Source: Octopus vulgaris (taxonomy: Eukaryota). Taken from it: a DNA stretch of 64,000 nt. A program made the position numbers and the translations under genes. The notes beneath the pieces were generated by a model. The model was not told where the DNA came from, ran no database searches, and worked only from the letters and a program-made list of their open reading frames with translations. Location: assembly GCA_951406725.2 (NCBI GenBank), contig OX597827.1, forward strand, positions 744,001 to 808,000, written 5' to 3'. This document shows positions 14,091 to 29,380 of the stretch, piece after piece (position 1 is the first letter of the stretch; the number at the start of each line of letters is the position of its first letter).

Positions 14091-14279
14091 GCATGTAAAT
14101 ATATATATTTGATGGTGATTGTGTCAATGTACGTGCGTATGTACGCGTTTATGTATATATATGTCTGCGTGCGTCTGTGTATGTATGTATATGTATAGAA
14201 TATACATTTACAAGTAACATAACATAAGTAATATATATTCATAGAAAACGTATTAAGAAATATATGAAAGTAACTCTCT

Positions 14280-14310
<31 letters not shown>

Positions 14311-14405
14311 ATGCGTGAGTGTATGTGCGTGAGTGTATGTGCGTGCGCTTATCTCTGCCTCAATCTACCTATCTATCCATGTATGTATATATGTATGTAT
14401 GTACG

Positions 14406-14439
<34 letters not shown>

Positions 14440-14596
14440 TGTATCTCTCTCTCCCTCTCTCTCTCTCTCTATATATATATGCATATGCATTTACATAGAC
14501 AAAATATACACTTATATGTATATATTAATTGATAAAGATTCAAAAAGAGATATCTGTATGTGTGTGTGTATGTATTAATGTATGGATATATATGTC

Positions 14597-14656
<60 letters not shown>

Positions 14657-14671
14657 CATATATGCATATAC

Positions 14672-14734
<63 letters not shown>

Positions 14735-15246
14735 AGTTTGTGTATGCACAATTATTTATTCATAAAAAGCTCTAATACATATCACCACACACACATACCT
14801 CCCCATAATCCATATATATATTATCTTTAGAGAAAATATTTTAAGTTCTTATATCTTGGATTTAACGTAGAACACATTTATATTTATGCATTTTAAACCA
14901 AATCTAGAGGCGGAAATGACAGCAAAAATATGACAAGCAATAGCGAACCGAACAACTGAAGAAGCTAATCCGGTCGTTTGCTCCAAGTTGGCGCCTTGGG
15001 GCATTAACCACTATCTTCTTTATTGTGTGTGTTAGTCATTGGACCGCGGCCATGGTGAAGCACTGCTTTGATGGATTTTAGTGGGGCAAATCGATTGCAG
15101 TTCTTATTTCTTAAAGGCCGGTAATTATTCCGTTGGTTCTTTTGCCGAACCGCTACGTTACGAAGCCGTAAGGAAAATCAGCGCCGGTTGTCAAAGGCAA
15201 ACACTATACAACTACAAACAATAAAACAAACACACACATATGTATA

Positions 15247-15412
<166 letters not shown>

Positions 15413-15615
15413 AGTAATTAAATGAATTATCATATTAAGGATAATTCGAAAGATAACCGATACCTGGGTAGCAAATTCACATCAGAAAGAACACGGTTGA
15501 AGCTACGTCCATAGGGCATAGACTACGTGTCTTCGTGCGGAAATTTGTATGTTTATTTTAAAATTATAAGTATATGAATGAATAGAGTTGAACGACTAGT
15601 TAACAAGTATCCTTT

Positions 15616-15700
15616 ATTCTCGACATATGTTTCGAAGGCTGCATATTCCTAATTCCGAAGGAATAAGGAGTACATTATGCAGATTTCTCATCAGGAAAAT
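15616..15700 (-). ncRNA. type I hammerhead ribozyme (mirror copy)
   Basis: Reverse complement of 15791-15875. Confidence 0.8.
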
Positions 15701-15790
15701 CAAGGAACTTATGTCGACATCAAAATGCACAAAAAACTTTTAGCTGACTTTTAGTTTTTTGTGCATTTTGATGTCGACATAAGTTCCTTG

Positions 15791-15875
15791 ATTTTCCTGA
15801 TGAGAAATCTGCATAATGTACTCCTTATTCCTTCGGAATTAGGAATATGCAGCCTTCGAAACATATGTCGAGAAT
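15791..15875 (+). ncRNA. type I hammerhead ribozyme
   Basis: attttc-CTGATGA-(long helix II, ctgcata/tatgcag)-GAAAC-atat-GTC^gagaat, with overlapping AATAAA. Confidence 0.8.
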
Positions 15876-15920
15876 AAAGGATACTTGTTAACTAGTCGTT
15901 CAACTCCATTCTTTCATATA

Positions 15921-16038
<118 letters not shown>

Positions 16039-17589
16039 AATATATGTATATATATATATGCATATACATATGTGTGTGTGTACGACAGGTTTTTTCTGAT
16101 TTTGGCTACGAAATCCACTCACAAAGCTTTGGTCGGCCCTGTGCTACAATAGAATACACTTGTCCAAGGCATCACACAGTGGAACTGAACTCGAAGCCAT
16201 GTGGATTGAAAGCAAACTTTCTGCCACACTACTCCCACTTCAACGAAGCAGCTTGACCAGTCTGAAAAATATCCATCAAATCACACCCCACCATCTGAAA
16301 AAAATAAAAGTCTCTTTGAATGTTTTAGTCGAAGAAATACTATGTCAGAATATAAGAAAAGGCACGATGACCACAGTTATGATGACGTCGATAATAGATC
16401 TAATTAATCCAATTTTCATCTCGTTGAAAACAACAACACCAATAACATTTGCTAGAATAGAAACCACGAACCAGTAAAGGAATCTCTATGCAGTGAACTG
16501 AGCTGCTAGAAATTATCGCCAAATGCCAATTTAGAAGCAACATCAATGCAGAAAATACATCAGACATTATACATCTTAATGATAAAGAAATCATGTATAA
16601 ATCAAGTGCATAGAGGTTACAATATTGATGAATATATTATATAAAAAGAAAAAAGAAGCGTTAAACAAGACACGAAATGCATTGCATCCAGTCTTAAACT
16701 AACTCTAAAAAATGTGCTTCATAAAAAAACACTAAACTTAATTTTTTTTATTAAAGCAAACTCGTCAATCTAAGAACTAACTACGAATGAACAATTCGCT
16801 TTAAAATAAGATTGCAAGCGTGTAAGTTGTAAACTTCAGGAATCTGACTGCTTTATTTGTCACACATAAATAACTCTTTCTCATTGACATACAATGCATT
16901 TACAACAAGGAACAAATTAACGCAGCACATCATCACGCATCATGAAACAAACCGATGTGAGAGTGAGAGAAGTAGGGAAGGAGACAGAGACTGTGTGTTG
17001 ACCCTCGATCTTCGAGAAAAAGTAGCCATCCTACATATCGCACATCCCTTAACGCACATCCTACCTGTCTAATGCGACATAGCAGAAGTCTCAGAGCCGG
17101 ATAGAATGCCTCGCAGTGTTTCGTCTGACATTCTCCTAACTGACTTCGATCCCGCCGAAATCAACTTTACTTCTCTTTCGTTCGGTATGGAAATCCAAGA
17201 TGGCCGTCTGACCTACATATGGCATTTGTTCCGGCTCTGTGCATTCTGAATTCAAATCCTGTCAAAACCTGCTTTGGCTGGTTCACTCAATTCGTAATTG
17301 GGACACCTTGGGTGCCTTTAGCGGAACCCACTTTATTGCAATCATTCGGATTAGGTATCAGGTTTCTGATTTAGGCACAAAATCAGTAATCACAGACAAA
17401 TACACACACACACACGCACACACATTTATTCGACAGGCTTCCATACAATTTCCTTCTACTAGCTTCACTCACTTGACCAATGGCTATGGTAGAAAACACT
17501 TGTCCAAAGCGTGACAGAAGCCGAAATTTGATGGTTGCAAAGTTGGTTTCTTAACCAACCATGCTTACGTCTACAATAAATAAATAAAT

Positions 17590-17689
17590 AAAATGAAATA
17601 CTTTACGAATTTGCGTGACATCCTTTTGCAGGGGCCACGTTAATCTCTGTATCGTCCCTATTTTAGTATATGTATTGCTGCACTAATAC
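17590..17689 (-). pseudogene. U6: U6 snRNA pseudogene/variant
   Basis: Minus strand reads gtattagtgcagcaatacatatactaaaatagggacgatacagagattaacgtggcccctgcaaaaggatgtcacgcaaattcgtaaagtatttcatttt, colinear with U6; 3-nt deletion after ACAGAGA and AGC triad changed to AAC. Confidence 0.9.
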
Positions 17690-18289
17690 AAGTTCTTAAC
17701 AGATCTACTTAAGCCAAGCGGGTCTCATGGGACATCACTCATCATCAGGCGGCGAGCAATACCAAGTAAATTCAAAATAAATTCAGAACGTCACGTGGGC
17801 TGCAGTCTGCTTATGACTGGCTTAAACCATCGTCCGGTCTACCATGATAAACTGGCAATTGGGCGTCCGTCCCATAGCCTTGTTGCTAGAATTCGAAACA
17901 AGTTTCTAGTCTGAGAATAATTCATGAGTCATCTTTTCTTCCCTCCAATCCTGGAGCCTCTCTCTCTGCATCTACAGGCATATATGAATAAATAAAAGTC
18001 ATGGCCGTGTCATTCGTCCACTGATTTAGTCAATAAATATGGCAACATTTAAAACACGCACAACACGCACAAACGCTGACATATACTAATGCAGATCATC
18101 ACACACACACAAACACACACATCCACAAACACGCACATGAAAACACAAACAACCTCACTCACACAGTGACAAGCACACGCATACACAAACACATACAGAA
18201 GCCTATACACAGTCACCCTACTCAAGCACATATACATCCACACACATATATAATGACACACACACACATACACACGAGCACACCCAAAC

Positions 18290-18334
<45 letters not shown>

Positions 18335-18613
18335 TATATATATACATATATATGTATACATATATATATGTATGTATATATATGTGTGTGTGTGTGTGTG
18401 TGTAGCCACAAACATACTGGCATACAGATGTACATATAGAAACTACAGGCACACAGAAGCACAACGGAACTGTTGATTTGGTAAGTCATGTCTAATAAAG
18501 TTCAAAATCGTAATGTTGATTAACTCAATTATTTTCAGTTTTCAGTTTTTCATGGCTATGAGCACAATTTTTGCCTGTTAATGGGAAAAAATACACAGGC
18601 ATATACACGCGCG

Positions 18614-18655
<42 letters not shown>

Positions 18656-18667
18656 CGCACGCACCCA

Positions 18668-18722
<55 letters not shown>

Positions 18723-18940
18723 TTGTCTGTCTGTCTGTCTATGTATATATAGATAGATAGTTAAACAGATATAGATATACACATACACACAAACAGACAC
18801 ACAAACACACACACACATACACACATATATATATATATATACACACACACATATATATATGAATATTTGTTTATACATATTCATATATGAATGTTTATAT
18901 ATATTTACATGTATATATGTATATACATATATATATATAC

Positions 18941-18971
<31 letters not shown>

Positions 18972-19023
18972 CATATATATATATAACATATCTTTAGTAT
19001 ATATGTATATGTATGTATGAATG

Positions 19024-19111
<88 letters not shown>

Positions 19112-19751
19112 TATATATATACATACATGCATACAAGCACGCACACACACGCACAAAGGTATATACGTATATACGTGTGTGTCTGTGTATGCGTTTAAAC
19201 CTATTTGAAAAGCCTGTGCAATTACTTGTACCCACTATTAATGTAAGAACTCAAGACATTTTAAGAGCGAGAATGAATATTTATTTATTTAATAGCTTTG
19301 TCACAACCTACAGAAAGTTTCTGTTATGAATTTATGAAACGAATGATAAAATAGTTTCAGCTAAAAAATATATAATGGCATATTTCATGAAAGAATATAT
19401 AATGATATCTCTGTGTAAAGAATGAAGTAAGTCTTTCTTCTGTTGTTAGCATAGTTTCAAAGGAATCGGCAGAAATATGAGCATTATTCTATCTTTATAT
19501 ACTCAAGAAAACCTCTCTAAACCAGAAACCCTTAAATACGTTTTACCCTACCCACAATCAAAATCCCAATTATGCAATGTCAATGTATAGTATATGGACA
19601 ATCATGTAATGTCAATGTATGGTATAATACAAACTGTAAAACCACCGAGTAATAAAATCCTTTGAACGAGTTCAAACCTATGGAAATGAAAGACAACTTA
19701 GAACAACGAGCCCACAAGATATAAAAGATTTACAGACTAGCAGCATATCCA

Positions 19752-19820
<69 letters not shown>

Positions 19821-20116
19821 GCCCAGTGGTTAGGGCAGCGAACTCACGGTCGGAGGATCGCGGTTTCGATTCCCAGACCGGGCGCTGTGAGTGTTTATTG
19901 AACGAAAACACATAAAACCCCACAAGGCTCCGGCTGGGGGTGGGGTGACGATCCCTGCTGTACTCTTTCGCCACAACTTTCTCTCACTCTTTCTTCTGTT
20001 GGCCTGCTCGCTTAGCCAGCGGGGTGGCGTCATTTGAAGGCTAAAACAATGCGAAGCGCATTGTGACCAGTGATGTGTAGCAACATCTGATAGCCTGGTC
20101 GGTCACAGTGATCACG

Positions 20117-20120
<4 letters not shown>
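19821..20120 (+). mobile_element. tRNA-derived SINE family C within (TA)n
   Basis: A/B-box-like head agtggttaggg...ggtttcgattccc, flanked by (TA)n on both sides. Confidence 0.75.
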
Positions 20121-20167
<47 letters not shown>

Positions 20168-20396
20168 AATAATAAGCAAGTGTAGATGTAATGTATATAT
20201 ATATACTCCCATCATCAGCTATCTAGTGGATATCTTTATGGTTTCGACACCTTAGCAGTAGTATTTAATCTCACGGTCTTAACAGCGTCAAAAGCATAAA
20301 CACTGTATGGGAATTGAGAGACAGCAATCAGGAGCGAAACATCTGCATAATATCTCCATTACATCTACAGTTGCTTATTATTACAAATACAAAAAA

Positions 20397-20600
20397 GACG
20401 GCAAGCTGGCAGAATAGTTACCGTGCTTAGCATTTCTTCTGACTTTTCTGAGTTCTGAGTTCAAATTCCACTGAGATCGACTTCACCTTTCATCCTGTAG
20501 AAGTCAATAAACTAAGTACTAATTAAGCACTGGGGTCGATGTAATAAAACAGCTCCCCCCAACAAAATTTCAAACCTCGTACCTATTGTAGAAAGCATTA
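20397..20600 (+). mobile_element. SINE family B, degenerate
   Basis: ggcaagctggcagaat...gagttcaaattccactgagatcgacttcacctttcatcc. Confidence 0.7.
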
Positions 20601-21515
20601 GTACACATGCAAACGCCAAATCTCAGACATAAATCGCTTCACATCTATTAGTGAAAAACGTAGCAATATCTTCGAAAAGGACATCACTTTTTTACAAGTG
20701 AGTTCTGTTGAGATGAAGACCTGTTGTGACATAAATTACTGACAATTAAATAGATTTAGGATAAAATCCTCTTAATTAATTTAAGTTAAATTTGCTAATT
20801 AGGTAATCCCAGTCAACACTATACAGGAAAATCGTTTATTTACTCCACTTGATATCTATTTTCAAAACATGTATATAAAATAGAAGAATAAAAGACATTC
20901 TTATGTTTGAATATACAGTCAAATAAATTTTACAGTACCTCCATTAGAATTCGCTCTATCTGCCGTTTATTAAAACGATTTATTCGAAATTTTGGCTTCC
21001 GACTATGTAGCATATGATATGATGAAATACATAGTGTATGTCACAGATTATCATAACGACACATTATCGCCGAGCTGTTTTAAAGTTAAGACGATGTACA
21101 TCTTAAACTGTAATACTATTAGACAATAAAGAAAGAAGAAATACAACCAGTAACTTCCCTGAAGCTTGGTATAATGCTCCTTACAAGCTTGAAGTAAGCG
21201 CACATATCGCAAGTAAGTTTCTAAGCACTATACATATAAAATGTTCCACTCATTGCATGTACCGAAAAATATTCAGTTATTCGTCTATAATTTGCTCTTA
21301 ACCTTGTTGAGCATAACACTTTATGTTTGACTCAGTAAAAATGTTTCAAACAGTTCAATTGAAACATTTCAGAATAGTCCAAGGGAACTGAGTGCTGAAA
21401 ACATCTCTGCTTGATCTGAATGAAAACTTCTCACAATGGAAACTTCTTTGATTAATTAATTTTAAAGCTTTTCTGATTCGTTCATTAAAACTTCTGATTG
21501 CTCCCATAGAAATCA

Positions 21516-21735
21516 TTAACAATTTAGCATTTAAAGCAGCCAAATCCAGCCCAAATATTCTCCTTGTTCAAATTGTCCAAATGTGACCTCTCCCACCTAC
21601 CCTAGGAAGTCATATTAAATGTAAACAATAACATCATCAAAAACTCGAGGTTACGAGATAATGTATGACAATTAATAACAATGTGAATAAATAAGTATTA
21701 CATTAGACAAAGCAATCTAAATGCTAAGAGGTTAA
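21516..21735. mobile_element. piggyBac-like MITE
   Basis: TTAA at both ends with inverted termini ttagcattta / taaatgctaa. Confidence 0.55.
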
Positions 21736-22207
21736 TCGGTCCAGTCGATACCTTTCCTGATTGGTCCCATTAAAAGCTTATCCTATTATTCAATCCAATA
21801 TTGTTTGAAATGAACCCTTTTGTTATTGATTGGACTGAAATGCCAGATGCAGTCGACCATCTTTTGCCTTCTACTTCCGGTTACACATTCATTCCCAGCC
21901 GTGTAGCTAAGAAGCTCACTTTGCAATGACGTTGTTTGAAGCTCAGTCTATCTGTGCAAGGGTCTTCTACTATTGCTGCGGGTTTATCAATGCCTTATAA
22001 GTGAATTTGATCAACGGAAACTGTGTGGAAGTCCTTCATCAATATACATATACGTATTCATACATATGTATGTATTAATACATTTACATACTAATACATG
22101 TGTATAAATATCATCTTGCTTGTATCGTAGAATACATGCAAATGTATTCATATATATGCATATGTATTTTTACACACCACTTACGTATATATATATACAT
22201 ACATATA

Positions 22208-22287
<80 letters not shown>

Positions 22288-22291
<4 letters not shown>

Positions 22292-23452
22292 GTAGTCAAG
22301 TATGAAATTTGTAGAAAAGAAAAAGTTTGCTAATGTTTTATAAATACAAGGAATAGTTTTATTCATCAAAGTATGCATCCATATTATCAATACACTTTTG
22401 TGCCATTTCAACAGTAGCTTTCCAGCCCGGAGCTGCAAAAGCCTAGCAATCTAGAGTCAATAAAATCTTGGAAGGCCTGTTTTACAGCATCGTCGGAATT
22501 ATATTTTTTCCTATCAAAAAGTTATCCAAATTCTGGAAGTGGTAGTCAGTGGGGGCAAGATCAGGTGAGTATGGTGGATGACGGAGAATTTCCAACTCCA
22601 GGTCCTGTAGTTTCGCCAATGTCATTTTTGCGATGTGAGGTCTGGCGTTGTCTTGCAATAAAAAAAGAGTGGATCTGTTGACTAATCTAGGCTGTATTTT
22701 TCTGTGTTTCTGCATTATTTGGTCCAGTTGGCTGCAGTATACTTCGGCCGTGATTGATGAGCCAGGTTTAATGAAATCATAATGGATCACACCTGCGCCG
22801 GCCCACCAAACACACCATCAACTTCTTTTGATGAATTTTGCTTTTTGGACTGTGTTTTGGTGGCTCATCTTTGTCCAACCATTGTGCTGAACGTTTATGT
22901 TCGTTGTATTGGATCCATTTCTCATCACGTTACATACAATTCGATTCAAAAGTGATTCATTTTTGTGACGAGAAAGTAGCATAATGCAGGCTTCCAAACG
23001 TTGCTGTTTCTGATTTTCATTGAGTTCATGTGAAACTCACTTATCCAACTTTTTCACTTTACCGATTTGAACTAGGTGAGTCAATATTGTTTGCTTACTA
23101 ACACCAAACAACAACGATAATTCACGGGCACTTTGAAATGGATCTGACTCGACAGCGGCTTTCAGTTCGCCATTATCCACCAAAGTTACCAGAACGAAAT
23201 TTTGCAAACCAATTTGGTACTGTCTGCTGTGTAATAACATTAGAATGAAATACTCCATTAATATTCCGAGCTGTCTGTGATGCTGTATTTCCTAGAAAGA
23301 ACTCATATTTTAAAACTGTACGAATTCCCGACTTATCCATCTTTAAACAAAAATAGCAAAAAACGATTTATAATTACTTTATAAAGCGCAAAATGAGAAG
23401 CTGCCAAAGTTTACCATATACCTTACTACAAATTTCATCCTTGACGACCTAA
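22288..23452 (-). mobile_element. near full-length mariner element (frameshifted transposase pseudogene)
   Basis: TIRs gaggtagtcaagtatgaaatttgtag / ctacaaatttcatccttgacgaccta; ORF pieces QDNARPH...HPPYSPDLAPTDYH and an HTH segment; inserted in (TA)n. Confidence 0.95.
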
Positions 23453-23559
23453 TATATATATATGTATGTATACATGTATGTACCCCAGCATGGCCACAAT
23501 CTAATGTCTGAAAGAAGAAAAAGATAAAAGTTATATATATATATATACACACATATACT

Positions 23560-23790
23560 TTTATTCTTTCACACGTTTCACTCATTTGACTGCGGCCATG
23601 CAGGAGCGCCGTCCTAAAGAGTTTCAGTCGAAGAAATCGACTTATTCTTTGTAAGCCTAGTACTTATTTTATCAGTCTCTTTTGCTGAACTGCTAAGTTA
23701 CGGGAATATTAACATACCAACATCGTTTGTCAAGCAATGGTGGGGAAACAAACATAAACAGAAAGACACACACACACACACACAAATATA
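23560..23790 (-). mobile_element. SINE family A 3' half, with oppositely oriented tails at 23480-23530 and 23790-23905
   Basis: tttgactgcggccatg...ctttgtaagcctagtactt. Confidence 0.7.
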
Positions 23791-24355
23791 TGGAAAAAGT
23801 ACCAGACTTACACAAAATAAATCCTAACTTCGATCTGTTCGACCAAACCCTTCAAGGTTGTACTCCAGCGTAGTCGCAGTCAAATGACTGAGCCAAGTAA
23901 AAGATTAGAGCACTCTACTTGTCTTTCTTTCATGCTTTATTTTCTTCTTCTGTTTCTTCTACTCTTTCCTTGTCATCTTTTCGTCGTTTTTATTATTTCT
24001 TTTCCTTCTTTCGGTTAAATTGTATGGACGCCTTTCTTATTTCTTCATTTCTTTGACTCTATTTTTCAGCATTTTAACCATCCATCCATCCATCTCTCCC
24101 CCTCTCTCTCCCTCTCTGTCCATCTATCTATATTCTTACCTTTTCCATCTCTTCTGTTATTTTTATTATATGTCTTTTCTTTTCTTTTTTTTACCCAATC
24201 TTTCCTTTTTTCCTTTTCAACTTAATCCATTTCTATATTCGGCAGGATTTCTTTCTAAATTTCCGTCTTTCTTACTTCAATGTCCTTCATTCTTTCTGGT
24301 TCTTCTTTGACTTCATTCTCTTTTCTTTACTTTTACTTCATACCTTTGTTTGTTT

Positions 24356-24358
24356 AGT

Positions 24359-24437
<79 letters not shown>

Positions 24438-24488
24438 CTCTTTCTCTCTTTCTTTCTTTCTTTCTTTCTTTCTCTCTTTCTTTCTTTC
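24356..24488. repeat. (TTTC)n microsatellite
   Basis: Direct reading. Confidence 0.95.
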
Positions 24489-24752
24489 CACTTTGATTAA
24501 TCTGTTGCCCGCTTTCTCATTCTTTTCATTCTAATTGTCTTTCTCATACGTTTTACCATTCTGATTGTATTTCCTTCTACAAATCTGTACATCTTTGTTT
24601 ATTTCGTTACTTCATCCATCCATCGATTTATTTAATCATCTGTCCGCCCATCTATCCATGCATCCATGCATCCATCCGTTCGTCCGTCCGTCCATCCATC
24701 AATCCATCCATCCATCCACGCATCCATCCACCTGTCTGCCTGTCCGTCCGTG

Positions 24753-24863
<111 letters not shown>

Positions 24864-25675
24864 GAGTGTGTATGTATATGTGTGTGTGTGAATGCGCGCG
24901 TGTGTGTATACATATATATCTGTATGTATATATGCACGCATGCATGCACGTATGTATGTATGCATGTATGTACTTATGTATGCATGTATGTGTGTGTGTG
25001 TATGTATGTATGTATGTATGTATGCATGCATGTATGCATGCATGTATGTATGTATGTATGTATAAACAATGCATAATATCTACATATATATCTTTGATGT
25101 CGTTCGGGTTTGTATTGAAGCAATATATTCCCTGACTCGTGGATGACTGACTCAGGTCATTACGAAAATCTTTCATACAGAAATGTTTCTCAGGCCTCGA
25201 CTCACCTGCCTCAGCCCCGATTAATTTCCACATCTTAAACCCTCCCCTTCTCTCTCTTCCTCTCTCACTTTATGTCCTTCTCCTTTCTGTCTTTCTCTGT
25301 CCCCTCGATCGCTTTCATTCTGTCTCTCTCTCTGTATCATTCTCTCCCTCTTTAACTGATCCATTTTGCCCATTCCTTATGTGTCAATGAAGTATGAATG
25401 CATTCTTTTCAAACACACTTGATAGATACGCAAACCTACATCTCCCCACCACTCGCTCTCTCTCTCTGTTTCTCTGTTCCTCTCCCTCATAATGCCACAC
25501 ACAATCCTCTCTCCCCTACTCCCTTTCTCTCTCTTTCATAACACCGTATATATGTACATAAATGTGCATAAATCTACTTATGTATTTGTCTGTGTATTCA
25601 AAATATATCACTATGTATACATAGGTATAACATAATATACATATATATATATATATATATACATATATATATGTA

Positions 25676-25724
<49 letters not shown>

Positions 25725-26061
25725 GTATACATATATATATGTATGTATATATATACATATGCATACATATACACACATATACATACCCACACGCACACGC
25801 ATATATATATATATCTGTGTGTATGCACATACATGTGTCCATATATGCATGTATATACGTATATTTATACATATATTTAAATATGGTGGTATAGGTTTAT
25901 TTTTAGATACGTACATACATACACATATGTTTGTATGTATGTATATGTATATGAGTAAACTTTATGTGTGTTTTGTATCTCAATTGAATATACATTTACA
26001 TTGTGAAGCAGAACTAACAATATGGGAAGGGAAAATGGTAGCAACCACTCAGCAGCAGCAG

Positions 26062-27000
26062 TACCACCACCACCACCACCACCACCACCACCACCACCAC
26101 CACCACCATCACCACCACCACCACCACCACCAACTACCACCACCATCACCACCACCACCACCACCACCAACAACAACACCACCACCACCACCACCACCAA
26201 CACCACAACCACGACGACCACCACCACATTCACCACAACCACCAGCAGCACCACCGCTGTCACCAGCGCCACTACCATCGCTGCACCATCGTCAACAACG
26301 GCAACATCACCATTATCATCACCAAATTTACACCACCAATACCAGTGCTTCTACCACGGCGATTGCCATTACCATAACGGTCACCACCACTACGACCACC
26401 ACCACCATAACTAATAACCAACACCACTGCAAAAGTGTCCTCTTACCATACAATTTGAGGGATTTAGGCTGTTATTTCTAGCAAGTTCAAACAACCGTCT
26501 AATCTTACATAACCGTAAAAGGAAGAGATGGACAAGGCTGTTGTCACAGACTGTTCTATTATTTAGCCCTGTTCCTAGGGCTAAATAATAACAAAGCCAC
26601 CACCACCACTACCACTACCAGCATCACCATCACTATCATTATTACCATCACTATCATCACCACCACCATCGCTTCCGCTACTACCACCGCCTACACCACC
26701 GCCACTACCGCCACTACCGCCACTACCGTCACTAGCATCATCGGCAACAAGGACAGCAACACCACCATTATCATAACCAAAATTACACCACCAGTACTAG
26801 TGCTTCCACCACGGCGATTGCGATTACCATAAGCCACCACCACCACCACCATAATCACCACCACCACTATCATTACTACTACAACCATAACAATAACTAG
26901 CACCACCTCCCCTATTATCTCTTCCCCCCCCTATTACCAACAACAACACATCACGAAAAACAAAAACAACAACAGTTGTAGCCACGTCAACAACAACAAT
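26062..27000. repeat. (CAC)n and degenerate CAC/CAA-rich simple repeats
   Basis: Direct reading. Confidence 0.85.
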
Positions 27001-27930
27001 TTTCACCAAGCAATTCGTAGCAAATAAGTCAAAACAGATCAGATTTACAAAATAAACATTCACCTAACTTATCAATAATTGCTTTCTTTTTCAGCCATTT
27101 TCCTATCGTCTGTTCTCTTTTCTTATCTGCCCACCACCCACCAACCTCACTCTGCATTTCAGTATTATTTTCCTCTTCTGATATTTGTTCTGTTATTTTA
27201 TAAATTCTATGCACCATTTTGGACTGTTTTTGTTCAATTGTTTTTGGGTTTCTTGGCATATTTCTTCACAATCGAAGAAAAATTTCATTTTCGATGAAAA
27301 CATCTGTCTTTCTCAACAAGAATCCAAATCTAATTTCATTTCGTATAAAGACAAATGTTAAAAATTAGGTATCGGAAACGAAAGAAAAAAATATTCTGTT
27401 ATGACCTACGTTTAACATGGATATACATACAAATATTTACAAATACAATACACTAAAATACAATAAAATACGATACAATATATGTGTGTGAGCGTATGTG
27501 TGCGTGTATGTGTGTGTTTGTGTGTGTTTGTGTGTGTGTATAGAATGTACATATATGTATGTATGCGTGTGTGCATATATGGATGCATGTTTGTACAAAT
27601 ATATGCTCAGATGAATAAATATAGATAAGCAGTGCATGCATACGTGTATGTATATACGTAGATTATATTCCATATCCATGCACAAACATAGGTAAGTTAT
27701 TAATATATAATGTATTGTAAATATATATAACGTCCATATGTATTAATCTCTCTCTCTCTCTCTCTCTCCCTCTCTCTCTATATATGTATGTATGTATATA
27801 TATATGTATGTGTGTGTATATATACGTATATATATGTATGTATATATATATGTATGTATATATATACCTACGTATATATATGTATATATATGTATATATA
27901 TATATTTGTATATATATGTATATAAATATG

Positions 27931-28004
<74 letters not shown>

Positions 28005-28471
28005 GACCAAACACACATACAAGACTGGAGACGAAGAAAAAACTTTGGTCATTCCCCTAAAATTTTATATAAATACTTAAGTATGATTTATGATGAAGTT
28101 TTGACTAAGCAATAAACGCTTTCTCCAATAAAATATTGTTCCCAAATTCTTTCTGTATATATGCTTATATACAATCATGATTTTTGATGAACTTATGAAT
28201 TTATTTCACTACCTATTTTGAACACTTTTATGTAAACAGTTTAAACAAAAACTTCCTCTTAACATTTTCTTATCATTGTCAAAGATTCTATTTCTTAACA
28301 TTTTCTCATCATTGTAAAAGACTGTATCATTGTTGTTTAATACATCCATGATAACCCCTTTTTTAAGACCACAAAGGCTACACAAAGCCTTACATTTTAC
28401 TTTGGAAAACCTTTTTAAAAAATGTGAAACCGGTCAAGTCAATGAACATCTTTAAAAGACCTCTGCATTTT

Positions 28472-28563
<92 letters not shown>

Positions 28564-28637
28564 CGTCTGTCTTGATAGACAATGGGTTGCGCCAAATGAA
28601 AGAATGGAGTTGAACGACGATTTAACAAAACTCCTTT

Positions 28638-28720
28638 ATTCTCGACATATGTTTCGAAGCTGCATATTCCTATTTTCGAAGGAATAAGGGGTGCATTATG
28701 CCGCCTTCTCATCAGGAAAA
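28638..28720 (-). ncRNA. type I hammerhead ribozyme, same family as 15791
   Basis: Minus strand ttttc-CTGATGA-gaag..gcata...tatgc..cttc-GAAAC-atat-GTC^gagaataaa; homology to 15575-15750 spans about 28596-28770. Confidence 0.8.
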
Positions 28721-29119
28721 ACAAAGCACTTATGTCAGCATCAAGATGAACAAAAACTCTTAGATGACTGTCCACACGGAGCCCATAGCGATAATGAGTG
28801 TTTCTTTAAAATATTCCGTTATAAGCAGTGACGTCAAAAATGGTTGAATGTAGAAGATTCTAGTAAGTTCAAGGGTTCAAACTACGTTGGAGGAGAGAGG
28901 TCTAAGAATAGGAAGGTGACAGGGTGCAAGTCATATGAATGGTGATTTGTTGTTTTCTTTTGTGATTGAGTGCCTATGTGTGTGTATATATATAACTGCA
29001 TTCGTGTCTATGTGTGTGTATGTGTGTGCGTGATTGTGTGTGTGGTTAGGTAGATGCCAAAAACAAACAGTGGTGAAGTGACAGGTTTGTGTCTGTGTGT
29101 TTGATTGTGCTTACGATAG

Positions 29120-29154
<35 letters not shown>

Positions 29155-29380
29155 TGAGGTAGAGAGACAAAGGTAAAACATACCTCAACGAATTTGGTAG
29201 TAGTCCTTTATGAGTATAAAAATTTGTCTATGGGGGAAATGTATAAATGGAACCAAATTACCAAAATTCAAGGAGGTTATCCGTATTAATCATCATTCAT
29301 ATGAGTGAAAGGTGCGTTTCTGCCAGTGCATGCACCTATAGGATTTTTCAACCATTGTATTTCTTCTTCTTCCTCTTCTT

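Larger units (their letters stand above)
15571..15920. repeat. long inverted repeat of a Penelope-like terminal segment
   Basis: Arms 15585-15738 and 15753-15906 (154 bp, no mismatch seen by eye), 14-nt spacer, extendable to 15571/15920 with 2 mismatches. Confidence 0.95.

Noticed and set aside
25675-26481. 268-aa His/Pro-rich ORF
   Set aside because: Composed of (TA)/(CAC) simple repeats
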